Below are positions 1 through 10,293 of a stretch of 64,000 nucleotides of DNA, piece after piece. The stretch is from Promethearchaeota archaeon. Lineage in GTDB: Archaea > Asgardarchaeota > Heimdallarchaeia > Hodarchaeales > Hodarchaeaceae. Both the position numbers and the translations under genes were made by a program. The notes under the pieces were generated by a model. That model was not told the origin of the DNA. It saw only the letters and a program-made list of their open reading frames with translations, and ran no database searches. The first letter of the stretch is position 1. Each line of letters opens with the position of its first letter. The stretch spans positions 428,921 to 492,920 of the forward strand of contig JBHLMN010000001.1 of assembly GCA_048938105.1 (NCBI GenBank), written 5' to 3'.

Positions 1-1
1 A

Positions 2-451
2 CAACAAATCCCTGATATAGAAATTATACCTTTTCCACAAGATGGGCATTGTTACGTTCACCGGAAATTTAATCCTTCTGATATTGAAAAATTAAAAGCT
101 AAATTCCCTGACGCGGAAATTCTTGCCCATCCAGAGGTTGGCCCTTCAGTTCAAAAGCTTACTAATAAAATCTATTCAACTAATGGCATGTTAAAAGAGG
201 TTGACAAATCCTCGGCTGAAAAGTTCATTATTGTGACTGAAAATGGGCTAGTAGATCGTTTAAGATCAGATTTTCCTACTAAAATATTCATTCCTACTCG
301 TAAAGATGCGATCTGTATCCAACAAAAGAATATTACTACTTATAATCTATATCTTTCACTTCTGAATGACCAATATCGAATTCAAATTCCACCAAATGTT
401 GCTAAAAAAGCTCGTCTGCCCATCGAGCGAATGATCGAGCTTTCAGGATAA
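2..451 (+). CDS. nadA: Quinolinate synthase, 5'-truncated by the window edge
   Basis: Frame is open from position 2 (QQIPDIEIIPFPQDGHCYVH...AHPE...VTENG...AICIQQK). Contains NadA motifs GHCYVH and AHPE. Directly upstream of nadC. Confidence 0.9.
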   Translation, partial: QQIPDIEIIPFPQDGHCYVHRKFNPSDIEKLKAKFPDAEILAHPEVGPSVQKLTNKIYSTNGMLKEVDKSSAEKFIIVTENGLVDRLRSDFPTKIFIPTRKDAICIQQKNITTYNLYLSLLNDQYRIQIPPNVAKKARLPIERMIELSG

Positions 452-468
452 GTAAAAGAGGTCTCATC

Positions 469-1368
469 ATGTCATTTATTCCTCCAAAATTATTGGAACA
501 AAGACTCCTTCAATTCCTCCAGGAAGATATTCAATATGGAGATATTACTAGCGAATTAGTCCCAAACATACAGGTTCATGCTAATTTGGTCTCTAACCAA
601 GAAGGAGTTCTTTGTGGATTAGATTTTGCTAAGATTATTCTAGAATCATTAAATATTGAAGTTTCAAGTTTATTCAAAGATGGAGACATTATCAGAAATG
701 GGGATGTAATTTTGCAGTTACGAGGCTTGAGTCGGGCAATTCTCGTCTCAGAACGTACTATCCTAAATCTAATGATGCGGCTTTCAGGAATTGCTACTCA
801 AACACGAAATCTGGTAGAAAAAGTTGAAAAATCAGGACACGCCATAAGGATCGCTTCTACGCGAAAAACAACTCCAGGATTTCGATTTTTTGAAAAATAT
901 GCTATAAAAGTCGGAGGAGGAGATCCCCACAGATGGAATTTATCTGATACCATATTGATTAAAAAAAATCATCTCAGAATAATTGGAGAGGAGGCTATTC
1001 CCTCAATCTTCAATCAGTTAAAAAATAAAACTTCTTTTACAAAGAAGGTTGATGTTGAGGTAGAAAATATATCTGAATTGAAGATAGCTTTGAAGTTTTC
1101 CCCAGATATAATTATGTTAGATAATTTTTCTATTGAGGAAATTGAGACTGCAACTGAAATTGTACAGCAGGAATCAACACAAGTACGTCCACTTATAGAA
1201 GTTAGTGGAGGAATCTCTAAAGAGAACATAGATTTATACCTCATTCCTGGTATTGATATTATTTCTATGGGAAGTCTTACTCACTCTGTTGAAGCTATTG
1301 ATTTTTCGCTAAAAATCATGAAAACCGCTTCACCAACCCCTTTTGGAGAAATTAATAGTGATAATTAA
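469..1368 (+). CDS. nadC: Nicotinate-nucleotide pyrophosphorylase (quinolinate phosphoribosyltransferase)
   Basis: Motifs EDIQYGDITS, STRKTTPG, HRWNLSD, IMLDN, EVSGGI. Confidence 0.95.
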   Translation: MSFIPPKLLEQRLLQFLQEDIQYGDITSELVPNIQVHANLVSNQEGVLCGLDFAKIILESLNIEVSSLFKDGDIIRNGDVILQLRGLSRAILVSERTILNLMMRLSGIATQTRNLVEKVEKSGHAIRIASTRKTTPGFRFFEKYAIKVGGGDPHRWNLSDTILIKKNHLRIIGEEAIPSIFNQLKNKTSFTKKVDVEVENISELKIALKFSPDIIMLDNFSIEEIETATEIVQQESTQVRPLIEVSGGISKENIDLYLIPGIDIISMGSLTHSVEAIDFSLKIMKTASPTPFGEINSDN

Positions 1369-1612
1369 CTTGTTTCGTGGCTTATGTATTGCCTTTTTAT
1401 CCGCTATAATTATAGCTTTTGTGATTTTCATTTTTTCACCATTACTACCTTTCAACATCTTTGAAGGGCCATTAGGATTGTTATTCTTTCTTGTAGTTAT
1501 AGGATTATCCTTTATAGTGTATATTGTTCTACCCCCTGAATATTCATCTGATAATTCTACCTTAAGAAACACGAAGACAAATCAGATTCAAAAATCAGAG
1601 AATTCCAATTAA
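1343..1612 (+). CDS. Small two-TM membrane protein
   Basis: Two hydrophobic segments. Co-oriented between nadC and the acyltransferase. Confidence 0.55.
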   Translation: MEKLIVIINLFRGLCIAFLSAIIIAFVIFIFSPLLPFNIFEGPLGLLFFLVVIGLSFIVYIVLPPEYSSDNSTLRNTKTNQIQKSENSN

Positions 1613-1628
1613 GAAAGAAGGCCTTAGC

Positions 1629-2354
1629 ATGTCTAAAAATCAAGGATTTCAGTCTAAAAGAGCAGTTATGGAATCATCATTCATTTCGAAGACCAGTTGC
1701 ATATATGGACCCTCTAAAATCAAAAAAAAATCAATCATTGACTCTTATGTTGTTATAGGATATCCTACGAGAGAGAAAATCAAACAATTACCTCTAAATA
1801 ACGAAGAGCAATTAGACCTTGAAAATTATTATGATAAAATTTCAATTGGTTCCATAATTGGTGAAAGTAATCACATTCGACCTTTTACGACTATTTATGA
1901 AACCTCTTCTCTGGGAAACCACGTCGAAACAGGAACAAATGTTATTATTAGAGAAAAATGTCAAATTGGGTCTGGGAGTATCATTGGAAGCGGTACAGTT
2001 CTTGATAGTGGAGTAATGATTGGAAAAAAGGCACGAATCCAATCGAATAACTTTATTCCCCCAAAAATAACACTAGGAGACAATATTTTTCTTGGTCCAG
2101 GTGTGCAATTTGCTAATGATACGTATCCTGTAAGTAGAAAATTAGTAAAAACTATTGTAGAAGATAATGCAATTATTGGGATCGGAGCTATTATATTAGC
2201 AGGAATAACTATTGAGAATGGAGCTGTCATCGCAGCTGGTTCTCTTGTTACTAAGAATGTCCCTAGTGGCCACGTTATGATGGGAACTCCCGCAAGATGT
2301 GTTATGACTCGAGAAGAATATGATTTGAAACAAAAGAATTATGAAAGATTATAA
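1629..2354 (+). CDS. Hexapeptide-repeat (left-handed beta-helix) N-acetyltransferase
   Basis: Repeated [LIV]GxxxxI hexapeptides; GPGVQFAND; AAGSLVTKNVP...GTPAR. Confidence 0.88.
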   Translation: MSKNQGFQSKRAVMESSFISKTSCIYGPSKIKKKSIIDSYVVIGYPTREKIKQLPLNNEEQLDLENYYDKISIGSIIGESNHIRPFTTIYETSSLGNHVETGTNVIIREKCQIGSGSIIGSGTVLDSGVMIGKKARIQSNNFIPPKITLGDNIFLGPGVQFANDTYPVSRKLVKTIVEDNAIIGIGAIILAGITIENGAVIAAGSLVTKNVPSGHVMMGTPARCVMTREEYDLKQKNYERL

Positions 2355-2434
2355 AAGAGGTCGCTAGGAACTCCCTTAATTTATATGGGTAGAGAATCGA
2401 AGAATTCCTTTCTAAAAATATATCTTAAACGAAA

Positions 2435-2734
2435 TCAAAGAGGGGGGCAGCTACACGGATTGGCGCTACATTTAGGGCAACAAGAAGGATATTTTCTCCA
2501 TGCAGCAGTTTCTATATCTATATTAAGAAGATTACAAATAGAACAAAGCCATGCGAATACATCAGCTACTTCTTCTTCTAGGGAATTTTGATCATGATTT
2601 AAGTAAGCTTCTATTAGTTCCCCAATTTCTGTATATAACCACAATAGGCTTTTCTCAATACCTCTTTTCTGGTCTCGTTCTCCATAAAGTGTGAACATTA
2701 GCTCTTGAAATTCGTGAATTGAGTGATTTGCCAC
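2435..2734 (-). CDS. MazG-like nucleotide pyrophosphohydrolase
   Basis: EIGEL...EEEVADVFAW motif and C-terminal CPKC..PCSC, typical of archaeal MazG. Confidence 0.88.
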   Translation of the reverse strand: MANHSIHEFQELMFTLYGERDQKRGIEKSLLWLYTEIGELIEAYLNHDQNSLEEEVADVFAWLCSICNLLNIDIETAAWRKYPSCCPKCSANPCSCPPL

Positions 2735-2747
2735 TATATACTCTCCT

Positions 2748-3764
2748 CTATATCAATTGAACCTTTGAGTGATCACCAATGTTTAAATCATATCCTTTTC
2801 CGATCAGTTTGACCTTATCACCAATAAGTGAGTCATGAATATTTGTATTACAAATACGGGAATAATTTCCGACGATTGAAGACGAAATTATTGACTTCTC
2901 AACAATTGTACCTTTATCAATACTTACATAAGGACCAATAATAGAGTTTGAGATGAGACAGTCCTCTTGAATCGCAACAGGAGGAATTATCGCTGTATTA
3001 TCCAATTTACATTCAATTGAGGACATCTTACTTCTGTCTAATACAAATGTGTTTGCTGCTAAGAGGGCCTCTTTTTTACCACAGTCAAACCATCTACCAG
3101 AGTTAATTATTCCAAGAATAGAGCCCTTTTTCACCATTATTTGAAGAGCATCGGTTAATTGCAATTCTCCTCCTTTTCCAATTTGATTAGAAGTGACTAA
3201 TTCTTGTAAGGCGTATTTTAATTTTAAAGAGTCCCGTATCATATAAACTCCAGTAATTGCTAGTGATGAGGTTGGATTCTCAGGTTTTTCTATTAATTGT
3301 TTCACTATATTAGAATCTTCATGGGTAGTAACGATACCATAAGCTTGAGGATTAGAAACTGACTTAACAGTGATTGCCCCCGTCCATTTGGGATGTTTTC
3401 TAAACTCATCAAGCATTAGAGAAAATGGATTCTCATAAAGACTATCTCCAAGGGTAATTAAAACGGGTTCCCCATCTAAAAAATCTACAGCTGTATATAT
3501 TGCATGGCCTAAGCCTCTACGATTTTCCTGCTCTATGAAAGTATAATTACAGGTTTTTTCATAATTAGATTCTATATAGTTAATTAGCTTTTCTTTTTCG
3601 TAACCTACAATAATAATTATCTCTTTAATACCCGTTTCAATAAGGTTATCTAAAATATGGGAGATTAAGGGTTTATTTCCTAATGAAAGAAGAACTTTTG
3701 GTTTTGTGTTAGTATGCGGCCGTAATCTAGTTCCCTTTCCAGCAGCAGGTATGATACATCGCAC
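2748..3764 (-). CDS. Sugar-phosphate nucleotidyltransferase (glucose-1-phosphate thymidylyltransferase-like)
   Basis: PAAGKGTRLRPHT..KPK, GLGHAI, EKP, GELQLTDAL, WFDCG; C-terminal LbH domain. Confidence 0.92.
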   Translation of the reverse strand: MRCIIPAAGKGTRLRPHTNTKPKVLLSLGNKPLISHILDNLIETGIKEIIIIVGYEKEKLINYIESNYEKTCNYTFIEQENRRGLGHAIYTAVDFLDGEPVLITLGDSLYENPFSLMLDEFRKHPKWTGAITVKSVSNPQAYGIVTTHEDSNIVKQLIEKPENPTSSLAITGVYMIRDSLKLKYALQELVTSNQIGKGGELQLTDALQIMVKKGSILGIINSGRWFDCGKKEALLAANTFVLDRSKMSSIECKLDNTAIIPPVAIQEDCLISNSIIGPYVSIDKGTIVEKSIISSSIVGNYSRICNTNIHDSLIGDKVKLIGKGYDLNIGDHSKVQLI

Positions 3765-3868
3765 GATTACAACTCCATAAATCAGGAATGTTAAGTTCTA
3801 GTTCTAAATCCATTGGATTGTCTTTAGTTATATCCTTTTAATTCATTCTTTTTTTTAGCTAATTCATA

Positions 3869-4906
3869 ATGATAACATTAGAAATACTCGTTACTGCTCT
3901 CCTTGCGCTAGTTATTTCCGCAATCATAACACGTGTTCTCATCCCATGGGTAATTGAGTCCTCTTTAAAACAGGGAATTACAACAGTTGATGCTCATAAA
4001 AAAAATAGCCCCGAAATCGCTGAGTCAGGAGGATTAGCACCACTACTGGGATTTATCTTTACTATTCTTATTTTTGTATTTATTTGGGAAAACATCATCT
4101 CGGATTCTCAAGTAGAAATATTTGAATCCCTCTTAGCAGGGCTTCTGAGTGTAGTGATTGCTGGATTAATTGGATTCTTAGATGATATTTTCAAAATTCG
4201 ATGGCGCGACAAAATATTGCTAGGATTTCTACCAGCAATCCCTCTAATGGCTCTGAAAGTTGGCAAAAGTAGTATCAACCTAGGAATCCTAGGTATTATT
4301 GACTTTGGTAACTTAATAAATCTACCTTATATTGGATACATTAATCTTTACAGTCTTATCATAATACCATTAGCAGTGAATTTCGCATTCAATTCATTTA
4401 ATATGCTTGCTGGTTTTAATGGATTAGAAGCTGGGAATGGAACAATCTCCTTGACCATAATTCTTATTGCAGCACTTTTTGTAGGCGACCCCATTGTTGT
4501 TCTTTTTGTAACCTCATTACTTGGTGGTTTTCTGGTTTTACTCAAATTTAATTGGTTTCCTGCAAAAATCCTGATTGGTGATACAGGAACTCTAACTCTA
4601 GGAACAGGAATCATAGTTGCTCTAATCATCGGTAACATGGATAGGTTGGCGCCAGGACTATTCGGATTGCATTTTGTAAATTTTTCATTGTTCTTTCTAT
4701 ATCTTATTACTCATCAAACTGCAAAGATAGCTACTATAGATGATGAAGGTAATATTAAGGCTCCATGTCCCTATACTGTATATTGGTTCTTTCCATATTT
4801 TTGGAAAATTGGAGAAAAGAAGAATGTAATCATCCTTCTTTTAATTCATACAATTATATCTGTAAGCATCTTAATCGTCTCATTACCAGCGTTCTCTCCT
4901 GTTTAG
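3869..4906 (+). CDS. UDP-GlcNAc:dolichyl-phosphate GlcNAc-1-phosphate transferase (GT4/MraY family, AglH/GPT-like)
   Basis: Multi-TM. Motifs ESGG, GFLDD, NSFNMLAGFNGLE, NWFPAKILIGDTG. Confidence 0.9.
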   Translation: MITLEILVTALLALVISAIITRVLIPWVIESSLKQGITTVDAHKKNSPEIAESGGLAPLLGFIFTILIFVFIWENIISDSQVEIFESLLAGLLSVVIAGLIGFLDDIFKIRWRDKILLGFLPAIPLMALKVGKSSINLGILGIIDFGNLINLPYIGYINLYSLIIIPLAVNFAFNSFNMLAGFNGLEAGNGTISLTIILIAALFVGDPIVVLFVTSLLGGFLVLLKFNWFPAKILIGDTGTLTLGTGIIVALIIGNMDRLAPGLFGLHFVNFSLFFLYLITHQTAKIATIDDEGNIKAPCPYTVYWFFPYFWKIGEKKNVIILLLIHTIISVSILIVSLPAFSPV

Positions 4907-4934
4907 CTAAAAGAAGCATGTAGTTGTATCCCCT

Positions 4935-6539
4935 TTGTCTCAAAATAAGTTACTGATAGCTTTAGATGACCTTATTCAATCACTCATAGATGAACCAGCT
5001 CCATCAAGAGCTAAACTCGAGACTCTTAAAAGAAGCATTGCGAAACAGTATAGACTTAAACGGTTTGTTCGAAATTCGGAAATTATTGAGTACATTCTCA
5101 CTTCGGAAGATTTTACTGAATATGAAAAAGATTACTTAATACAATTTCTCCAAATCCGAAAAGTTAGAACAATCAGTGGTATCGCAGTTGTTGCAGTGAT
5201 GACAAAACCCTACTCCTGTCCAGGAGACTGTATTTATTGCCCTGAGGTTAATGGAGCACCAAAATCTTACACAGGAAAGGAACCTGCAGCAATGAGAGGG
5301 GCTCAAAACAACTTCATTCCAAAAAAACAAGTACAGGCTAGATTAAAACAACTTAAAAGTATAGGTCATCCGCTAGATAAGATCCATCTTGTAATAATGG
5401 GTGGAACATTTTTAGCAACACCCTTAGAGTACCAAGAATATTTCGTAAAGGAATGTCTTGATGGAATCACGGGAAAAACATCAACGAATCTGAAAAACGC
5501 GCAAAGGTATGCAGAAACTAGTATTAATCGAAATGTCGGCATAACTTTTGAAACTCGGCCAGATTATTGTACTGGACCACATGTTAGTAAAATCTTGGAA
5601 CTAGGGGGCACTTTTGTAGAAATTGGACTACAAACACTTTCTGATAAGATATTAAAGTTCATACAACGTCATCACACATTAGAAGACATAGAAAAAGCAA
5701 TCCGTTACGCGAGGGATGGAGGACTGAAAGTGACTGTTCATATGATGCCAAACCTCTTTCAAACTCCTGAAGAAGATGTTCTTATGTTTGAAAAGCTCTA
5801 CACGGATTCTAGATATATACCAGATGCCATTAAAATTTATCCCACCTTAGTTTTGCCGAATACTCGCTTATATAAGTTATGGAAGGAAAAAACCTATATT
5901 CCTTATGATATTGATGATGTTTTAGATGTAATAACCTCAATTAAATCGAAAACGCCTCCTTTTGTACGCATACAACGTATTCAAAGGGATATTCCTGCAT
6001 ACTTGATTGTGGATGGTGGTCGTTCGGGAAATCTAAGAGAAATGGCTCGAAGGAAATTATCAGAGCAAGGTGGGAAGTGTTCTTGTATTCGATGCAGAGA
6101 AGTTGGTCATCAAACTAATCTTGGGGATAAAACTTGGATAGATAAAGAGAAAAAATACCATATTTTTGAATATCATGCATCTGATGGAATTGAACACTTC
6201 ATTTCCTTTGAAACCAGTGACAGAGAGACACTTTTTGGATTTTTACGCCTTAGAGAACCATCATCTTATTTATTCCGTCCTGAGACAATCGATCCTCCAG
6301 CAACTTTGATCAGAGAACTCCATGTTTATGGAAGATTAGTAGGAATAGGAAAAATACCTAAAGAGCTGGAATGGCAGCATAGGGGTCTGGGACAAGGGTT
6401 GATTTCGCTCGCAGAAGAAATCTCACTTGAAAGAGGATATAATAAAATTGTTGTGACGTCAGGAATCGGAGTTCGTGATTACTATCGAAAACTCAAATAT
6501 AACCAAAAGGGGCCATACATGGTTAAATCTTTAACATAA
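4935..6539 (+). CDS. elp3: Elp3 tRNA uridine(34) acetyltransferase (radical SAM + GNAT)
   Basis: RTISGIAVVAVM, CPGDCIYCP, ETRPD, RIQRDIP, RELHVYG, QHRGLG, SGIGVRDYY. Confidence 0.96.
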   Translation: MSQNKLLIALDDLIQSLIDEPAPSRAKLETLKRSIAKQYRLKRFVRNSEIIEYILTSEDFTEYEKDYLIQFLQIRKVRTISGIAVVAVMTKPYSCPGDCIYCPEVNGAPKSYTGKEPAAMRGAQNNFIPKKQVQARLKQLKSIGHPLDKIHLVIMGGTFLATPLEYQEYFVKECLDGITGKTSTNLKNAQRYAETSINRNVGITFETRPDYCTGPHVSKILELGGTFVEIGLQTLSDKILKFIQRHHTLEDIEKAIRYARDGGLKVTVHMMPNLFQTPEEDVLMFEKLYTDSRYIPDAIKIYPTLVLPNTRLYKLWKEKTYIPYDIDDVLDVITSIKSKTPPFVRIQRIQRDIPAYLIVDGGRSGNLREMARRKLSEQGGKCSCIRCREVGHQTNLGDKTWIDKEKKYHIFEYHASDGIEHFISFETSDRETLFGFLRLREPSSYLFRPETIDPPATLIRELHVYGRLVGIGKIPKELEWQHRGLGQGLISLAEEISLERGYNKIVVTSGIGVRDYYRKLKYNQKGPYMVKSLT

Positions 6540-6580
6540 CGTAATAAAACAAGAAATGAAGGAGGATTTTATGGATGTCC

Positions 6581-7468
6581 TCATTCCAATCTCATGAGCA
6601 TTTCCCATTCAAATTGAATATCTTTCTTAAGTTCTTCAATTTGCTCAGGGGTCATCTTTTTAAAGCGCCCTTGTTTATTTAGATACTCTTCTAATGGTAG
6701 TCTATTATCAGGATCTCGGTACTTCATTCCACGTTTACTGAAGGTAAGTTTCCCATTTTCAATTTCAAAAAGTGGAAAATATCCCGTTTGTACAGATAAT
6801 TTACCAAGTTCTGGAGTAATAGCGGGATCAGAGTTCCAACCAGTAGGACATGGAGCATCTATAAGAATGAATCGGTATCCTTCTATGTTTCCAGCTTTTT
6901 TAGCTTTTGTATACAAATCTCGAGGATAACCAATGGATGAAGTTGCAATATAGGGTACATCATGAGCAGCCATAATACGAGTAACACTTTTTCTCTTTTC
7001 CTGTTTACCTATTGGAGTTGTAGTTGTAGATGCACCTCGAGGAGTAGCCCCGCTTCGTTGAGCGCCAGTATTACTATAGAAACCATTATCGTAGCAAAAG
7101 TGGAGGATGTCCTCACTTCTTTCGGCTGCTCCAGACCAAGTAGCAACACCAATATCATAGGTTCCCCCGTCTCCAGACCAAACCACAGTTGTCACTTTCT
7201 CTCCTCTCCTTTTCTTAGCCCTTGAAATTCCAGAAGCTGCACTAGCATGAGCTGCAAATGCAATGTTCAAAGTAGGAACATTATAGGTGACGTGTGGATG
7301 GAGACTTTGGATAACAGAAGCACAACATGCAGGAATCACTACAATAGGTCGCTCTAACGCTGATATAGCAGTACGATACGCAATAGAAAGGCCACAGCCA
7401 GCACATGCAAAATTCCCTCTTAATAGAACTTCTGGACGATCTAGCATCTCTTTTATCTTGACACTCAT
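6581..7468 (-). CDS. porB: 2-oxoacid (pyruvate-type):ferredoxin oxidoreductase beta subunit
   Basis: ACAGCG, GDGG, YSNTGAQRS, CPTGW (TPP-binding). Substrate specificity cannot be determined from sequence alone. Confidence 0.9.
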   Translation of the reverse strand: MSVKIKEMLDRPEVLLRGNFACAGCGLSIAYRTAISALERPIVVIPACCASVIQSLHPHVTYNVPTLNIAFAAHASAASGISRAKKRRGEKVTTVVWSGDGGTYDIGVATWSGAAERSEDILHFCYDNGFYSNTGAQRSGATPRGASTTTTPIGKQEKRKSVTRIMAAHDVPYIATSSIGYPRDLYTKAKKAGNIEGYRFILIDAPCPTGWNSDPAITPELGKLSVQTGYFPLFEIENGKLTFSKRGMKYRDPDNRLPLEEYLNKQGRFKKMTPEQIEELKKDIQFEWEMLMRLE

Positions 7469-7483
7469 TTCTTCATTCCTCTA

Positions 7484-8632
7484 TTACATGATTTTTTCTA
7501 CTTCAAAAGCGATATCCATGTATGTAACATCCATTCCTCCTAGACCTCGGATAATTTGGTGAAATTCAATATCTACCTTATTTGCGTACAATTCAGCCTG
7601 AATTTCAATTGCAAGCTGACCAGCATTGCCAAACGAAACAGATCGATCAATGACTAAGACTTTTGGTACTCTTCTCAAAGCTGCAATTAATTCTTTTTTT
7701 GGAAATGGTCGAATAACACGTGGTCGAATAACAACAGCCTTAATACCTTTCTTATTCAAAACTTCCAGCGATTGTTCAGCTTCTTCCCCTAAAGTTCCTA
7801 TGGCAACGATAGCAACGTTTGCGTCGTTAATATCACCCACGATTTCAACCATTTCTTTGCTGAGTCTTCCGAATTTTTCGTAATACTCATTGAAAACTTT
7901 AGGGATAATAACTCGTGCATTGTTAAATCCATCAATTAATGACATTCTTTGCTCCCAAATGCCTTTAGAATCAGTAAGGGATCCATGGGCGAAAGGATCA
8001 TCAGGATCTAACATCGCAAGTGGTTTAAAAGGAGGGAGAAATTCATCAACTTCCTCTTGGGTTGGAATTTCTACCTGAGCTGATGTATGACTCAGGATGA
8101 ATCCATCCAAACAAATCATAACTGGCATCCACACCTTATGATGTTCAGCAATTTTGAATGCACAGAGGGTTAGGTCTAACACTTCTTGATTGTTCTTTGC
8201 ATAAAATTGAATCCATCCCGCATCCCTAAAAGTCATTGAATCTTGGTGATCTGGCCATATATTCCAAGGATTTAGAGAACGATTCACTACTGGCATTACA
8301 ATAGGAACCCGTGTCACTCCAGCCCACCATACCAACTCCCCCATGTAAAGAAGACCGTGGGCACTAGTTGCAGTAAAAGTTCGTACACCTCCTAATGAAG
8401 CACCAATTGCAGCACCCATTGCACTATGTTCACTTTCGACGTTTACAAAATCACAATCAAACTCTCCCCTTGCGATCATTCCTGATATAGTCTCAACAAT
8501 AAGTGTTTGAGGAGTAATAGGATAAGCTGGAATAACTTGTGGCCTTGCTAGTTTTGCTGCAGTAGCCACAGCGGCATTTCCAGTCAATAATTGAATATTA
8601 GATTTTTTCATTGTCTGTACCACTTTTCTCAC
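7484..8632 (-). CDS. porA: 2-oxoacid:ferredoxin oxidoreductase alpha subunit
   Basis: AYPITPQT, ESEHSAM, TATSAHGL, DGFILSH. Confidence 0.92.
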   Translation of the reverse strand: MRKVVQTMKKSNIQLLTGNAAVATAAKLARPQVIPAYPITPQTLIVETISGMIARGEFDCDFVNVESEHSAMGAAIGASLGGVRTFTATSAHGLLYMGELVWWAGVTRVPIVMPVVNRSLNPWNIWPDHQDSMTFRDAGWIQFYAKNNQEVLDLTLCAFKIAEHHKVWMPVMICLDGFILSHTSAQVEIPTQEEVDEFLPPFKPLAMLDPDDPFAHGSLTDSKGIWEQRMSLIDGFNNARVIIPKVFNEYYEKFGRLSKEMVEIVGDINDANVAIVAIGTLGEEAEQSLEVLNKKGIKAVVIRPRVIRPFPKKELIAALRRVPKVLVIDRSVSFGNAGQLAIEIQAELYANKVDIEFHQIIRGLGGMDVTYMDIAFEVEKIM

Positions 8633-8914
8633 CTATTCTTTCTCCATTTTAAGCGCGTCTTGAGGGCAGACATGTACACACACCCCACAACCTTTACAAT
8701 AAACATAATCAATGTAGGGATATTCTCCTTTAGCATCAACACGAATAGTGCCTTCTGGACAAAACATCCAGCATTGATAACATTTAGTGCACTGTTCTTC
8801 AAAGAAAACTGGTTTACTTGTTCGCCAATCACCAGTCGTACCTGGACCTGGAGCAGAACCTACCGTAGGTCTACCTAATGGTAAAACGGGATCTTTCATT
8901 TCACTTTCATCCAT
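8633..8914 (-). CDS. porD: 2-oxoacid:ferredoxin oxidoreductase delta subunit (2x[4Fe-4S])
   Basis: TGDWR..P, CTKCYQCWMFCP, CKGCGVCVHVCP. Confidence 0.92.
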   Translation of the reverse strand: MDESEMKDPVLPLGRPTVGSAPGPGTTGDWRTSKPVFFEEQCTKCYQCWMFCPEGTIRVDAKGEYPYIDYVYCKGCGVCVHVCPQDALKMEKE

Positions 8915-8928
8915 TGATTTGACCTCAG

Positions 8929-9510
8929 TTAGTTAATGAATTCAAATCTTTCAAAGGCCATTCTTATCGATCGAATATTAGCCTCAGCCAGTTCTCCTTC
9001 TCCAAATTGATGTTTGATAGCAGCAATAAGCTCTTCTAGACTAATCAACCCTGTAGCTTTGACCCAAGCTCCCAACATTGTTGCGCTAACCATCATTGTT
9101 CCTGATTTAATCAATCCACATTCTCGAGCAATATCTACCGCATCGACTTTTCCTATTCTTAGGGTTTCGTTTCCTTTTAATGCAGGAGGAATTTCCGATG
9201 AATTAAGTACGATAATTGTTCCAGGAGTTATATCATCGAGAGGCATGGTTTCGACTAACGAGGGTTCCAACACGATCCAACTATGAGTATTTTCTGTAAT
9301 TACTGGAGCATGTGTTTTCACATGTTTGTCAGATATTCGTACATCTGCAAAAATAGGAGCACCTTTACGTTCAGCTCCATATTTGGGAATTGCCTGGACG
9401 AATTTTCCGCCAAGATGGCCACTATATGCTAGTACTTTCGCAGCTGTTACTCCACCCTGTCCTCCCCGGCTTAGAATTCGAATTTCAGTCATCATCCATT
9501 TTCCATCCAT
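8929..9510 (-). CDS. porC: 2-oxoacid:ferredoxin oxidoreductase gamma subunit
   Basis: RGGQGGVTA, YGAERKGAP. First gene of the gamma-delta-alpha-beta operon. Confidence 0.9.
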   Translation of the reverse strand: MDGKWMMTEIRILSRGGQGGVTAAKVLAYSGHLGGKFVQAIPKYGAERKGAPIFADVRISDKHVKTHAPVITENTHSWIVLEPSLVETMPLDDITPGTIIVLNSSEIPPALKGNETLRIGKVDAVDIARECGLIKSGTMMVSATMLGAWVKATGLISLEELIAAIKHQFGEGELAEANIRSIRMAFERFEFIN

Positions 9511-9947
9511 AAAAAAAGCCTTTTAGAATCCTCTAGGCCTATATAGATCCACAATGACTTCTAAAGATTTATAATTAAGACATCTTTATGCTTATTTAAG
9601 AACTATTTGTGAGGACAATTTGCAAACATTTACCAAAAATAAATTATCATAAAACCTTATTATTGAAAGAGATAGCCACCTCACTATTGAAAGAAATAAC
9701 CTTAGTTCTTTAAGAATATTATTAGGTAATAAATCTTTTAAAATTTACTTCGAAATTTATGAAAAAAAATGCTAATGATTCAATTCTTAGCCATACTAAG
9801 GTATTAGAGTTATTAATACTCGTAAAAGCCATTTAATAAACAAATCTTTGATTTTTAAGAAAAACTAGATAAGGATAAATTAATAAGAAAAAAGCAAGTA
9901 TTCAGATACAATCCCATATTAGACTTTATGAATTTGCTGGAATGGTC

Positions 9948-10052
9948 GGGCCGATAGCTCAGCTTGGTAGTAGCGCCTGCTTGGCAAATAGTACTCTCTT
10001 GAGTATAAATCCTGAATGCAGGAGGTCGTGGGTCCAAATCCCACTCGGTCCA
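9948..10052 (+). tRNA. tRNA-Ala(GGC) with a 30-nt intron at the canonical 37/38 position (intron ~9987-10016)
   Basis: Acceptor stem GGGCCGA/TCGGTCC has the G3:U70 alanine determinant. Anticodon stem CCTGC/GCAGG, anticodon GGC at 9983-9985, T-stem GTGGG/CCCAC, discriminator A. The intron contains a hairpin TACTC-tctt-GAGTA. Confidence 0.92.
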
Positions 10053-10293
10053 TTTCCCTTCTTTTCACCTAAATGCAATATCAGAATAGTTAAAACCCAA
10101 TATCACTCTAAAATGTTCACAATTTCCTCAATAATGATTAGCTTATTTCAACTAAGAATATTAAGAGTTTTAAGGGTGGATATTACGCATTTAATTACAA
10201 GACAACAATTATTAATCACCGATATGAAGGCTTTTAAAGGTTGAAACTGGTTCCCTTTGCATAGACGTTTATAAATTTGAGAAGGCTCATAGC

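Noticed and set aside
8591-8878. Alternative ORFs overlapping porD, and the many other short antisense ORFs in the track
   Set aside because: They lie within well-supported genes on another frame or strand and have no motifs.
9855-10244. ORFs 9855-10037 and 9942-10244
   Set aside because: They overlap the tRNA-Ala gene and are spurious.
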